Below, one piece after another: positions 37,498-47,206 of a stretch of 64,000 nt of DNA. The position numbers and the translations under genes are program-made. Source of the DNA: Candidatus Dojkabacteria bacterium (GTDB taxonomy: Bacteria > Patescibacteriota > Dojkabacteria > B142 > JAFGFJ01); assembly GCA_016931155.1 (NCBI GenBank), contig JAFGFJ010000006.1, positions 220,389-284,388 of the forward strand, read 5' to 3'. A model generated the notes under the pieces. The model did no database searches. It worked only from the letters and a program-made list of their open reading frames with translations, and was not told the DNA's origin. Position 1 is the stretch's first letter, and each line of letters opens with the position of its first letter.

Positions 37498-40212
37498 ATG
37501 AAGGATTTGTCGAAGGCGAAATTAATTATTATTGTTTTCATACTCGGTCTTTTTGGGCTTGCACTTTATTCTATTCCTGCGATAAAGGATGCAGAAAGAA
37601 ACTATGGATTTGGAATAAAACCAGTAGGAACAAAGGTACTTAGTGCATTTAGTTGGCCGACAGATATGCAGTGGTCCGTTTTGACCAGGAATGGAGCGGT
37701 TCTTGTAGATCATGAGGATAGGGCAAGCTGTGAGGATCCGACAAGAAATACCGCAATCTCAGGTAGTCTCGATATTGGTTCGCAGTCACAATGTTCTTCA
37801 GGACAGTACAATCCTGGCAATAATGGGCAGCCTGGAGCAAAAGCAAAAAATACTTATAGTGCAGGTTTTTATTACGATGACCCAAATAGAGATTCTATTG
37901 GCTACTCAAATTTGGCTGATGACTCTGCATATTTTCGGTTTAGGCTTGCTGGAAACCCGATGCAGACAAACCAAAATCTGGGGCTTCAGAATTACTACTG
38001 GTGGATCGTATTAGATGACGATGGAAATGGAACACCCGATTTTTATATAGTTTTAGATGGAAATGGTCCCAGACCTGTAGAAACTCTCACTTTGAAATAC
38101 GAAACAACTGGAGACAGTAGTCCAACTGGTGAACCTGATATTGTTTCTTACGGGAATCCGATTGGAAATGGACTTGTGAGATCTGTTCTGACACCGGACA
38201 ATGGATCCATCGGAGATACGACTGAGTACTTTCTCGATATTCAATTACCACTTGGAGATTTTGATGATATAAACGGAATTCAGCAAATCTATCAAGGAAC
38301 TAAAACATATTTGAAGTATTCTACTTCCGCCAGCGAAGATGATCCAGTTCAGGGGGATTATATATTACCAGGTAATGCTTTTGCTGATCCTGTTGTTTTT
38401 TCCTTAAGTAATTATTATGCGGTAAAGAGTGTCGATGATATAAATGGTGGGTCATTTGAACCTGGCGATATAGTTGAGTATACAGTGACAGTAAATAATT
38501 CCGGGAACAACTTAACAGATATTAATCTTTCAGATGTAATTCACGAAGAAGGGGTTTTTGAAGAAAATGCATACGGTTCTGGCTCAGGAATCCAGGCAGT
38601 AATCAATGGGAATACTTATAATTTGAGCAATATTTTTGATCAGCCTGATGCGGGAGGCTGTTATGTATACTCTAACTGTAGAGCAGATTTCTCTAATAAC
38701 ACAATCAATTTTTATAGCGAAATTATCAATATTGCTGGTTTGGGAGTACAGTCTTTTGATTCCTTCTCGATAAAGTATCGGGTTACATATTTATCTGAAG
38801 GAAACTATTCAAATCAGGCTATACTGAAAAGTAATGAAATAAATGGACAGAGGTATAGTGATGATCCTTCAGTTGATGATTCTGTAGATTGTATTGTTGC
38901 AGGTGTGATAAATTGCAATGATGGAATAACGGGAAATGATGATCCAGTGGTCATTAATAATGTACCAACGCCAACGCCAACGCCAACGCCAACGCCAACG
39001 CCAACGCCAACGCCAACGCCAACACCAACGCCAACACCAACACCAACACCAACGCCAACACCTAAAGCTGACTCTGGATCAACTTCCAAATCTACCACCA
39101 CCCTCGTAATTAGTGAAATGCCAGAGACACATAAAGGCTATTATGATGGAGAGCTTATAGTTAGTTTGAAAGCCGATCCACCTCCTGATTTGACACTTTC
39201 GTTTGGGGATGTTGTGACCTATACCTTGATAATAAAGAATACTTCAAGTTCAGCAATTACAGGTGTTACTGCAATAAACCAGATCCAACAGGGTCTTTTA
39301 TACGTTCCCGGGAGTTCGATTTTAAATGGAGTACTACTAACAGATAAGGAAGACAAGGATTCAGGTTATTACGATAAGGAGAATAGTATCTTCCAGGTTA
39401 TGGTTGGAGACATAGCTGGGGAATCTGAAATTAGTCTGGTGTTTAAGTTGGAGCTTGATGATCTGGAACTTACAGGTAAAGAAGTATTAAAAAAGGTAAT
39501 GATAAAGACAGAAAAACTCGGTTTTATCTACTCAAATGAAATCAAACACTTAGTTGATCTATCAACTATTTCTAAAGGAATTGATGAAACATCAATAAGC
39601 ACAAAAGATATTATAAAGTGGATGGCAGATATTAAGAACATGGGGTTACTATTAATCATTCTTTTTTCCCCGGTTCTAATTGTATTGCTCCTGTACAATC
39701 GCAAACGTGGTTTTCTTTACTTGACAGCTCCAAACCCAAAGGGAATTAACACGCCGATTGAGTCTTTCAACTTCATGGGGGTGAATTCTGAATCTGACAT
39801 TCAAATAACTGAGTGTCTTGAGTATTCTTTGTGTTCTCTTGTTGAGATGGATTCATCCTGGGGTCGAATCATAAAGTATGACAATAGCCCATGGATAGTT
39901 GTTATTAGCAATAAAACGCAATATAAGAAAAATGATAATGGAGGAACTCTCTTTATCTTATCCAAGAAAGATTTTAATTATAAGAGTGGTATATGGACAA
40001 CTAACAAGGAGGTGAAGCCAATTGAAAAATTATTTTTTCATACTGGTCTTGAAGCTTTGATGAGTAATAAAATCCAGGTATTTTTTGTGAATAAAGCAGA
40101 CTTTGATGTTGTGATCAAGGATGACGAAAAAGCTATTTGCAAGCTAAAGGAGCTTAAATCAGAAAATGAAAAAGAGGGGATCAATTCAATAAACCTGAAA
40201 TCACTTTTTTAG
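37498..40212 (+). CDS. large cell-surface protein with two DUF11 (conserved repeat) domains, a (PT)16 linker, a TM segment and a C-terminal cytoplasmic domain
   Basis: Signal anchor. DUF11-like GDIVEYTVTVNNSGNNLTDINLSD and GDVVTYTLIIKNTSSSAITGV. The (PT)n linker is encoded by a CCAACG microsatellite. Hydrophobic MGLLLIILFSPVLIVLLLY followed by NRKRG. Confidence 0.65.
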   Translation: MKDLSKAKLIIIVFILGLFGLALYSIPAIKDAERNYGFGIKPVGTKVLSAFSWPTDMQWSVLTRNGAVLVDHEDRASCEDPTRNTAISGSLDIGSQSQCSSGQYNPGNNGQPGAKAKNTYSAGFYYDDPNRDSIGYSNLADDSAYFRFRLAGNPMQTNQNLGLQNYYWWIVLDDDGNGTPDFYIVLDGNGPRPVETLTLKYETTGDSSPTGEPDIVSYGNPIGNGLVRSVLTPDNGSIGDTTEYFLDIQLPLGDFDDINGIQQIYQGTKTYLKYSTSASEDDPVQGDYILPGNAFADPVVFSLSNYYAVKSVDDINGGSFEPGDIVEYTVTVNNSGNNLTDINLSDVIHEEGVFEENAYGSGSGIQAVINGNTYNLSNIFDQPDAGGCYVYSNCRADFSNNTINFYSEIINIAGLGVQSFDSFSIKYRVTYLSEGNYSNQAILKSNEINGQRYSDDPSVDDSVDCIVAGVINCNDGITGNDDPVVINNVPTPTPTPTPTPTPTPTPTPTPTPTPTPTPTPTPKADSGSTSKSTTTLVISEMPETHKGYYDGELIVSLKADPPPDLTLSFGDVVTYTLIIKNTSSSAITGVTAINQIQQGLLYVPGSSILNGVLLTDKEDKDSGYYDKENSIFQVMVGDIAGESEISLVFKLELDDLELTGKEVLKKVMIKTEKLGFIYSNEIKHLVDLSTISKGIDETSISTKDIIKWMADIKNMGLLLIILFSPVLIVLLLYNRKRGFLYLTAPNPKGINTPIESFNFMGVNSESDIQITECLEYSLCSLVEMDSSWGRIIKYDNSPWIVVISNKTQYKKNDNGGTLFILSKKDFNYKSGIWTTNKEVKPIEKLFFHTGLEALMSNKIQVFFVNKADFDVVIKDDEKAICKLKELKSENEKEGINSINLKSLF

Positions 40213-40272
40213 TATAAACAATCTTAAACCTACGGCTGAGACATGGCACCTCAGTTATTATATTTATTCCGA

Positions 40273-40764
40273 TCACTCTTGTTCCTGTACATTTTTGAGA
40301 TTAAAATCTTGAAGACCTTTTTGTCCGAAGACACTTACAATTTCCGATTTTATAAAATCAATCGCAGAGGTAAGATTACTTCTTTCTGTAAGGCTTAAAG
40401 TATGATTCTTTTCCTGTTTTATTTTCGCTACAGAGTGTAGCATTCTAATAAGTAAAACTGCATCCTCTGTTGCACCTGTAGCGAGTTTCTCTTTTGAAAT
40501 ATCTGCAAGATTACTCATTGTTTCATCTTCTATATTGATTTTTTTATTCAAGTCTTTCAGTACTTTTGCTAGATCTTTTTTTGAAAGAGGATGTCTCATG
40601 CCGAGCTTATTTGCCTGGTCTGTAGGAACGGAAACGTAGAGACCATTTTCGAAAGCTATTTCGTAGTATTCTTTGTCTACTCCTTCAACCTTTTCTTTAT
40701 AAATTCTTTTAATTTTACTTATTCCATAAAGAGGGTAGATGATTGTCTCGCCTTTTTTGTACAT
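40273..40764 (-). CDS. CarD / CdnL-family RNA-polymerase-binding transcription regulator
   Basis: N-terminal Tudor-like block MYKKGETIIYPLYGISKIKRI...YYEI. ATG at 40764 preceded by an AGGA Shine-Dalgarno-like motif. The longer listed ORF starts with TTG. Confidence 0.7.
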   Translation of the reverse strand: MYKKGETIIYPLYGISKIKRIYKEKVEGVDKEYYEIAFENGLYVSVPTDQANKLGMRHPLSKKDLAKVLKDLNKKINIEDETMSNLADISKEKLATGATEDAVLLIRMLHSVAKIKQEKNHTLSLTERSNLTSAIDFIKSEIVSVFGQKGLQDFNLKNVQEQE

Positions 40765-40791
40765 AAAATTTATCCTAATGAATAAACTCAA

Positions 40792-41985
40792 TTAAACAAA
40801 CGTAAGTGCTTTACCAGTATTATTCGCTCTTCCGGTTCTTCCTATCCGATGAACGTAGTCCTCATAAGTCTTTGGTAATTCGTAGTTAATCACATGACTT
40901 ACTTGTGGAATATCAAGACCTCTTGCGGCTACATCAGTTGCTACCAGAATGTCAATCTTTCCCTCTTTGAACAAGCTAAGAGCTCTCTGCCGCTGTGACT
41001 GACTTTTGTTTCCGTGGATGCATTCAGCTCTTAAACCTCCTTTGTTGAGTTCAACCATAAGTCTTTGAACACCATGTTTTGTCTGTCCAAAAATTAGTGT
41101 TCTAGTAAAGTCTTTCCTTATAAGTAACTCACGGAGAGTATCAAGCTTTTTGGACTTGTCCAATACACGCACAATATCCTGATCAACATTTTCTGCAGTA
41201 TCCCTTGTCTTTACGGAAACTGTTACTGGCTGGTTTGAGTGCTCCCTTATAAGTGTTTTGATTTTTTCATCAACTGTTGCCGAAAAAAACAATGACTGTC
41301 TTTGTTTTGGAAGCGAGCCTATAAGGAATTTGATGTCTTTTGAAAAACCCATATCAAGCATTCTATCAACCTCATCAAGAACAATACTACGGAAAGTTGT
41401 CAAATTTATTGCTCCTCTGTTTATTAGGTCAACGAGTCTTCCTGGTGTTCCTATCACGAAATTACAATTTCTTCTCAGATTCGAAAGTTGTTTCCAAATG
41501 CTCGTCCCTCCAATACAAATAGCTGAAAATATACCAAGTTGAGTTGTAAGTCCTTTTAGTTCTGAGTCAATCTGTAAAGCAAGTTCTCGAGTTGGAGCAA
41601 TGATCAAAACTTTTTCTGATTTGTTATTAATTATTTTATTGATTAAGGGAATCAAAAATGCCAGTGTTTTTCCCATTCCTGTATTTGCAATTCCGATTAA
41701 ATCTTTCCCTTCAAGCAAATAGGGAATTGATTGATCCTGAATTGGCATAGGCTCCTCAAAATTCTTTTTTTTAATATTTACCTTGAGAGTTTCGCTTATG
41801 TTGAAATCATCAAATTTATGCTGAGCAATATATTTTTCAGTCGTGACCGGGGAAGCCCTATTGATAAATCTGGCTATGTCTATCTTGCTCTCCCCTGACT
41901 GTCTACGTTTAGGTCTCCGTCCATAACTGCTCCTGTTGCGACCATATACACCTGAACCCCTGTGATTGTAAGCACGTTGATACAC
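40792..41985 (-). CDS. DEAD-box ATP-dependent RNA helicase
   Basis: Q-motif F...PMPIQ, motif I ANTGMGKT, motif II DEVD, motif III SAT, motif VI HRIGRTGRA. Arg/Gly-rich N-terminal tail. Confidence 0.9.
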   Translation of the reverse strand: MYQRAYNHRGSGVYGRNRSSYGRRPKRRQSGESKIDIARFINRASPVTTEKYIAQHKFDDFNISETLKVNIKKKNFEEPMPIQDQSIPYLLEGKDLIGIANTGMGKTLAFLIPLINKIINNKSEKVLIIAPTRELALQIDSELKGLTTQLGIFSAICIGGTSIWKQLSNLRRNCNFVIGTPGRLVDLINRGAINLTTFRSIVLDEVDRMLDMGFSKDIKFLIGSLPKQRQSLFFSATVDEKIKTLIREHSNQPVTVSVKTRDTAENVDQDIVRVLDKSKKLDTLRELLIRKDFTRTLIFGQTKHGVQRLMVELNKGGLRAECIHGNKSQSQRQRALSLFKEGKIDILVATDVAARGLDIPQVSHVINYELPKTYEDYVHRIGRTGRANNTGKALTFV

Positions 41986-42240
41986 AAAAAAATGTTAACA
42001 GATATTATTTCAATGGAATAAGAGGATCTTATACTTTTGAAGAAACTTTTACACCAGCTCGTATTTTGATTGGAGCATTCGATTATAACACAGAGGAACA
42101 AGCTCACTATGTTTCTGAGTTCTAAAACGAATTGCAACGGTATAATTCTAAACTATGAAAAAACAAGAATTAACCGCTGCAAATCGTGGAGCAATAGAAA
42201 TATTGCTTAAAGACAATCTTACACCAGGTGAGATTGACTT

Positions 42241-43110
42241 TTAGTTTATGTATAATGAAATTCCAAGGATTATTGAAAAAGAATAAAGAAGTGGATCATA
42301 AATAAGTCTGTTGTCAAAATGGAGAAGAGATTTTTTAGTCTTTAGTCTGTTATAGAGTATGACAGCTATTATTACTATGGGGATAATAAGTAAGGAGGGA
42401 AGATAGATTCTTTTATATGCTATAGAGAAAAGAACGAACAGTATTATTACACTTGTAGCAGCCATAACATTTTTAAGTATTGTAGTTATTTTGATTCCAA
42501 GAATAGAAACTGTATTTTTGAGTCCTGATTTTCTATCAACCTCATAGTCCCTAAGTTCGTTATAGAGGTCACCTGACATTGAGAAAAGTCCTACTCCAAT
42601 AAAAGCCGGAATGATCTCGATATCAAAATGCTTGAAACTGAGATAACTTGAGAGAAGTATCCCGGCCGCAAGAAAGTATCCGTGCGAGAGGAAATCCGCC
42701 CATGCTATGCCTTTAAACCTGACTTGTTTCCATGAATAAAAAAAACCACAGACAAGGAGGCTGATTCCTACTCCCAGTGCTGAAAAATTGACTAGAGCAA
42801 ATAAGATAAGGGATATTCCTGCTACAACAAATGAAGCTGCGTATGCATCTTTCTTTGATAGAATGCCAGCTGAAACAGGATTTCTGTGTATCTTTTTTGG
42901 ATCCATTGCATCATCATCCGCATCTTCTGTATCATTTATCATAAATGCGAAAGATACAGAAGAAAGATTTGCCATAAAGATCAGAAAAAGTTTAACAGGG
43001 GTTATATCCTTGCCGGCCATGAAGGCTCCAAGTATTGAGAGGAATATGACAAAAGAGGTAAATGTCTCCAGTCGAGTAAGTTTATAAATATTCTTGAACT
43101 TTTTAATCAT
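42241..43110 (-). CDS. UbiA-family aromatic/isoprenoid prenyltransferase (integral membrane)
   Basis: NDTEDADDD (NDxxDxxxD) motif in the first cytoplasmic loop. About 8 TM helices. 289 aa. Confidence 0.7.
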   Translation of the reverse strand: MIKKFKNIYKLTRLETFTSFVIFLSILGAFMAGKDITPVKLFLIFMANLSSVSFAFMINDTEDADDDAMDPKKIHRNPVSAGILSKKDAYAASFVVAGISLILFALVNFSALGVGISLLVCGFFYSWKQVRFKGIAWADFLSHGYFLAAGILLSSYLSFKHFDIEIIPAFIGVGLFSMSGDLYNELRDYEVDRKSGLKNTVSILGIKITTILKNVMAATSVIILFVLFSIAYKRIYLPSLLIIPIVIIAVILYNRLKTKKSLLHFDNRLIYDPLLYSFSIILGISLYIN

Positions 43111-43124
43111 TCGGAATTATACAG

Positions 43125-43838
43125 TTAAAACTCTTTATTTGAAACTAAATATGCACCAATGGATTTGCCAGTATAACCTTCAGGATTGCTTTCTGATGTT
43201 GTCATTACAATTCTTAATCTTAGATCAGACAGATCGATATTATTTTTAATTTCAGGATTAACGGTAAAACTGTAGTCTTGCACATGGTTTCCTGTCCTGA
43301 GAATTGCATAACCATAGCCATTGTTACTGGTTGTATATGTTTTGGCAGGTTTGTTGTGGGGCACTCTGTCTCCAAAATTAAAAACAAATAGTGGTAACCC
43401 ATACTTTCGGGAAAAATTTATATTTGCCTCATCCATAAGTTTCCCAAGCGTACTTGTGCTCCAGCAAACTCCTGAAGCGTAATAAAAGGGTTTTTCTGCT
43501 TTGACGTAACCAGCATTTTTCGAGAAAGTAATATATCCATCGGCAATTACTCTTATTCTGTCTCCCGGCGTGAGAACAGGTATTTTATTTAATTGGTACG
43601 CTCCTGCAGCTGCATTAATAAATTTCCCTGTGTAGTAGTCATTTCTGACAAGCGGTAGTTCAACTAGTATATTATTAAATTCTCTACATTGTGAATTTTT
43701 CGCATCAAGGCAGATGAAGTGATCATTTTTTCTAAAAATTTTATTTTCGTCTGTTTCATTTCCGGCAGAATTCAAAGAGACTGTCCCGGAAATTATAATC
43801 ACAATTATAATTGTGGTGATTTTTCTGTAGCTTCCCAA
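43125..43838 (-). CDS. secreted protein, possibly VanW-like
   Basis: N-terminal signal/TM. YASGVCWSTSTLGKLM resembles the GGGVCQVSSTLYNA core of VanW domains. Weak. Confidence 0.35.
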   Translation of the reverse strand: MGSYRKITTIIIVIIISGTVSLNSAGNETDENKIFRKNDHFICLDAKNSQCREFNNILVELPLVRNDYYTGKFINAAAGAYQLNKIPVLTPGDRIRVIADGYITFSKNAGYVKAEKPFYYASGVCWSTSTLGKLMDEANINFSRKYGLPLFVFNFGDRVPHNKPAKTYTTSNNGYGYAILRTGNHVQDYSFTVNPEIKNNIDLSDLRLRIVMTTSESNPEGYTGKSIGAYLVSNKEF

Positions 43839-43984
43839 CTATTTCTAGAAATCTCAATAATGTTATTGGATAGGCTATTCTATTACTAACGGTTCCTCTT
43901 TGGTAGATTACTATTGAGAAATATCCGTAAAGGGTAGCGAAGTTTGTTGTTTTATTGATATTATTGTCAATCTCGAAAAATAAT

Positions 43985-44551
43985 ATGTCTTTAGAAGAAG
44001 AATTGGCATTAGTGGCAAAAGCCAAAAAAGATATCAGATCATTTGATAAACTCTATGAGTATTATCTCCCGAGGATTTTTGCTTATTGTCTTAACCGTCT
44101 GGCAAATCGAGAGACTGCTGAAGATATTACCAGTCAAGTCTTCGTTGGGGCAGTAGAGGGAATAAAGAGATTTGATCTTAAAAAGAGAAATAAGTTTGGT
44201 ACGTGGCTTTACAGGGTTGCACACAATAAGATTGTTGACTATTACAGAAAGAAAAAACCAAAGTTTTTTGGTCTTTTCGGGAATGAAGTAGAAGAAGATT
44301 CTGATCCTGATGAAAAAATGGATATGTCACAGAGGCAGAAACAGATTGTGATTGTTTTGAAAAAATTGAAACCTCGTTATCAGCAGATTATTTCGCTAAG
44401 ATTTTATTCCGAAATGAAGAATGAGGAGATTGCTCAGACAATGCGAATGAAGAAATCGAATGTAGCTCTGGTATTGCATCGTGCACTTCGTGCGTTTAGA
44501 TCTCAATATACAAAAATGCATCCAGAAAGTGAAATTTTTAACCTAGGTTAA
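43985..44551 (+). CDS. ECF-type RNA polymerase sigma-70 family factor
   Basis: Region 2 (YEYYLPRIFAYCLNRL...DITSQVFVGAVEGIKRFD) and region 4 HTH (IISLRFYSEMKNEEIAQTMRMKKSNVALVLHRALRAFR). ATG at 43985 preferred to the TTG at 43955. Confidence 0.8.
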   Translation: MSLEEELALVAKAKKDIRSFDKLYEYYLPRIFAYCLNRLANRETAEDITSQVFVGAVEGIKRFDLKKRNKFGTWLYRVAHNKIVDYYRKKKPKFFGLFGNEVEEDSDPDEKMDMSQRQKQIVIVLKKLKPRYQQIISLRFYSEMKNEEIAQTMRMKKSNVALVLHRALRAFRSQYTKMHPESEIFNLG

Positions 44552-44567
44552 CGAAGAACTAAGTGCA

Positions 44568-45758
44568 ATGAAAACTAATATTAAGGAGAAAAATATAAGT
44601 GTGGAAGAGTTTTTCAAAGGGCAAGGGATCCAGCCCGGCGATAAGCTTCTCAGCTCTAACTTTTCAAATTCTCTTAGAGAAAAGGTTCATTCATTGTATT
44701 TAGTTTTTACAGATCAAAAAATGAAGTGGTTAATTGCGAAAAAGAAACTTCTTCTTTTCGGAGGAGGTTTACTTGCTTTTATTTTTGTTGCGACTGCTTT
44801 AGTTACTCTTACGGTTCCTTCAGTGCGAGATCAGGTTACTTCCACTGCTGCTAATCTTTTTGGGATTGGGGACAAGAATCAGGAAGATAATTCAGAAAGA
44901 CCAGAAAAAGAGGAGACTGACACAGAAGCCCCGGAACTATCCATTACTTCGCCTGAAGATGGGGCAAGTATAGTTGAGGCAAAGATTACTATTTCCGGGA
45001 AGACTGAGCCTGGAGCAACAGTTTTTGTTGGTGAAAGTGAGGTTGAGAATGTTGAGGGTGAGTTTAGTAAAGAAGTGGAGCTTGCAATAGGTGAAAATAA
45101 GATAGTTGTAAGAGTAAAGGATGAGGCTGGAAATGAAAATGTTAAGACCTTAACCATAATAAAGGCAGAGGTTACACCGGAGCCGACTCCAGTACCTGCG
45201 AAGATATCTTTATCAGGAGTCGCAGTTGAAAATGGAATCAAACTGACTTGGGGTGTGACAAATGTAAATACAAGTAGTGGATTTAAGATATTGAAGGGTT
45301 CAACTCCAAATCTAACCTATCCTGCTAATGGATACTATAAGTACATAAGTACTGGATCAACAAGAGCATATGTCGCTCCTATTACAAATGGAGAAACATA
45401 TTACTTTAGGGTCTGTCAGTACCAAAACAATGGGACTTGCGGTGTATACAGTAACAGCGTAAAAGTTACGGCACCGAAAAAATCGGGAGGTGCCGTGAGT
45501 TCGATATCACTTAGTGCAGGTGCTGAGTCAGTTAGTTGGAGTGTGAATGGATACTCTGATATGGGTTTCAAAATAGTATGGTCAAAGACATCTGGACCGA
45601 CTTATCCTACAAGGGGTACTGACCAGTATCAGTATAATTCAAGTCCTGAGGCAAGAAGCTACTCTTTTGGTGATGGTGAGGCATTCGATGGACCTGGCAC
45701 TTATTATGTGAGAGTATGTGAGTATCTTGGAGGAAAGTGTGGAGTCTACTCGAACTAG
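44568..45758 (+). CDS. single-pass membrane protein with two homologous Cys-containing beta-rich extracytoplasmic domains; putative anti-sigma factor / sigma-factor-coupled sensor
   Basis: Cytoplasmic N-region, TM (LLLFGGGLLAFIFVATALVTL). Duplicated modules ending YYFRVCQYQNNGTCGVYSN and YYVRVCEYLGGKCGVYSN. Immediately downstream of the ECF sigma gene. Confidence 0.5.
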   Translation: MKTNIKEKNISVEEFFKGQGIQPGDKLLSSNFSNSLREKVHSLYLVFTDQKMKWLIAKKKLLLFGGGLLAFIFVATALVTLTVPSVRDQVTSTAANLFGIGDKNQEDNSERPEKEETDTEAPELSITSPEDGASIVEAKITISGKTEPGATVFVGESEVENVEGEFSKEVELAIGENKIVVRVKDEAGNENVKTLTIIKAEVTPEPTPVPAKISLSGVAVENGIKLTWGVTNVNTSSGFKILKGSTPNLTYPANGYYKYISTGSTRAYVAPITNGETYYFRVCQYQNNGTCGVYSNSVKVTAPKKSGGAVSSISLSAGAESVSWSVNGYSDMGFKIVWSKTSGPTYPTRGTDQYQYNSSPEARSYSFGDGEAFDGPGTYYVRVCEYLGGKCGVYSN

Positions 45759-45892
45759 GTACAAGTCACTTTAAATTAGATGAGTATGGATTTGAATCAG
45801 GAATAAGGTCGTAGACAAGAGTGAAGAGTGAAGAGTGAAGAGTGAAGAGTGAGAGTCAAGAATAGGGATGAAAGTAAGAATAAGGATGAGAA

Positions 45893-45927
45893 GGGCGAGT
45901 CCCTGAAAGGGACTCGCCCTTTGTTTT
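45893..45927 (+). terminator. Rho-independent terminator (perfect 11-bp stem GGGCGAGTCCC / GGGACTCGCCC, loop TGAAA, then TTTGTTTT)
   Basis: Direct reading of the sequence. Downstream of the sigma/anti-sigma operon and convergent with the minus-strand tRNA pair. Confidence 0.8.
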
Positions 45928-46058
45928 CCTGATTAAACTCTTAACCATTGGTACAACCAATCAAGAGAGACAGGAGAAAAAAAGATATTAGAAATAATGC
46001 CTTTGTACGGAGTTGATTTATAGGAAAAGTTAAACTGAGACAGGATATAAGGATACTG

Positions 46059-46130
46059 TGAGCGCGAGAGGATTCGAACCTCCGACCAATCGGTTAAGAG
46101 CCGAGTGCTCTACCACTGAGCTACGCGCCC
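46059..46130 (-). tRNA. tRNA-Lys (anticodon CTT)
   Basis: Reverse complement folds with acceptor GGGCGCG/CGCGCTC, anticodon loop CTCTTAA, T-arm GGAGGTTCGAATCCTCT. One mismatch at the top of the anticodon stem. No encoded CCA. Confidence 0.75.
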
Positions 46131-46173
46131 GCTTCAAGGCTTTTGATTTTACTACAAAAACAATAATAATTCA

Positions 46174-46249
46174 TGGTGCACCCGGAGGGAGTCGAACCCA
46201 CAACAACTTGTTCCGAAGACAAGTGCTCTATCCATTGAGCTACGGGTGC
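46174..46249 (-). tRNA. tRNA-Arg (anticodon TCG), CCA encoded
   Basis: Reverse complement GCACCCG TA GCTCAATGGATAGAGC A CTTGT CTTCGGA ACAAG ... TTCGACT ... CGGGTGC A CCA. One T:T mismatch in the T-stem. Confidence 0.75.
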
Positions 46250-46317
46250 TCCTTTGAATTATACATTATTGTTCCATTTTTATTGACAATTTTGCTATTA
46301 TTAATTTAATTATTATC

Positions 46318-47172
46318 TTGATACCCATGTCATCTATTAATTTTAATTCAGCCTCATTTCTCAAAAGAATTTGGCTGATAGTTTTCGTTGTTTTTGTTTT
46401 TGCCTCACTCAGTTCCACACTTGTTTCTGTTCAGTACGGAACGGTTGCGGTTGTTACGAGGTTTGGACAGGTTACCGATCGTGTTCTTCAGCCTGGTCTG
46501 AATTTTAAGATTCCATTTGTTGAAAGAACGGTAGTATACAGAACTCAAAAGGTTGTTTATGAAACGAGTGATAATCCTCAATCTTCGCAAGCTGCTTATA
46601 CTGACTACCCAGTTGATACAACGACAAAAGACGGGCAGGTAATAGGAGTAAGATATTCGGTGAGATTCTCTATTGATCCCAAACAAGCTGCCTGGATTGC
46701 AAATAACCTTGGGACGGAAGAGGATGTCGTTTATAAGATAGTTCAGACAGACTCACGAATTCACACAAGAAATATTCCAAAGGAATTTAATGCAGCGGAT
46801 CTCTACACAGGAAATATTCAAGATGTTCAACAGAAGATTGATGATGAGTTGAGACCAATTTTTGAACAGAATGGGCTAATTCTTGATGAATTTGGAATTA
46901 GAAATATCTCGTTTAGCGAAGAGTATGTCCAGGCAGTTGAAGCAAAGCAAATAGCAAAAGAGGTAGTTACAACGGAGCAGTATATTGCAGAGCAGGAGCA
47001 ATACAAGAAAGAAGCGGCAATAACAAAGGCAGAAGGAGAGGCACAAGCTCAAAGACTTCAGCAACAGACATTGAGCAACGAGCTTCTTTCAAAACTTTGG
47101 ATAGAGAAATGGGATGGAAGACTACCTACATATATGGGGCAGGGAACTCCGCTCATACAGTTTCCAAAGTAG
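46318..47172 (+). CDS. SPFH / band-7 (prohibitin/HflC-like) domain membrane protein
   Basis: N-terminal TM, then the VQYGTVAVVTRFGQV...LQPGLNFKIPFVE SPFH core and a coiled-coil C-region. Confidence 0.75.
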   Translation: MIPMSSINFNSASFLKRIWLIVFVVFVFASLSSTLVSVQYGTVAVVTRFGQVTDRVLQPGLNFKIPFVERTVVYRTQKVVYETSDNPQSSQAAYTDYPVDTTTKDGQVIGVRYSVRFSIDPKQAAWIANNLGTEEDVVYKIVQTDSRIHTRNIPKEFNAADLYTGNIQDVQQKIDDELRPIFEQNGLILDEFGIRNISFSEEYVQAVEAKQIAKEVVTTEQYIAEQEQYKKEAAITKAEGEAQAQRLQQQTLSNELLSKLWIEKWDGRLPTYMGQGTPLIQFPK

Positions 47173-47206
47173 GCTGATAAACAACCTAACAAGTTAGTTA
47201 TTTAAT

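Noticed and set aside
44568-45758. Calling the sigma-adjacent membrane protein a definite anti-sigma factor
   Set aside because: Only gene order and topology support it. No ZAS/RskA-type motif is visible, so it is kept as putative.
46058-46309. ORF 46058-46309 (+)
   Set aside because: It is the antisense of the tRNA-Lys / tRNA-Arg pair (MSARGFEPPTNRLRAECSTTELRA is translated tRNA). Spurious.
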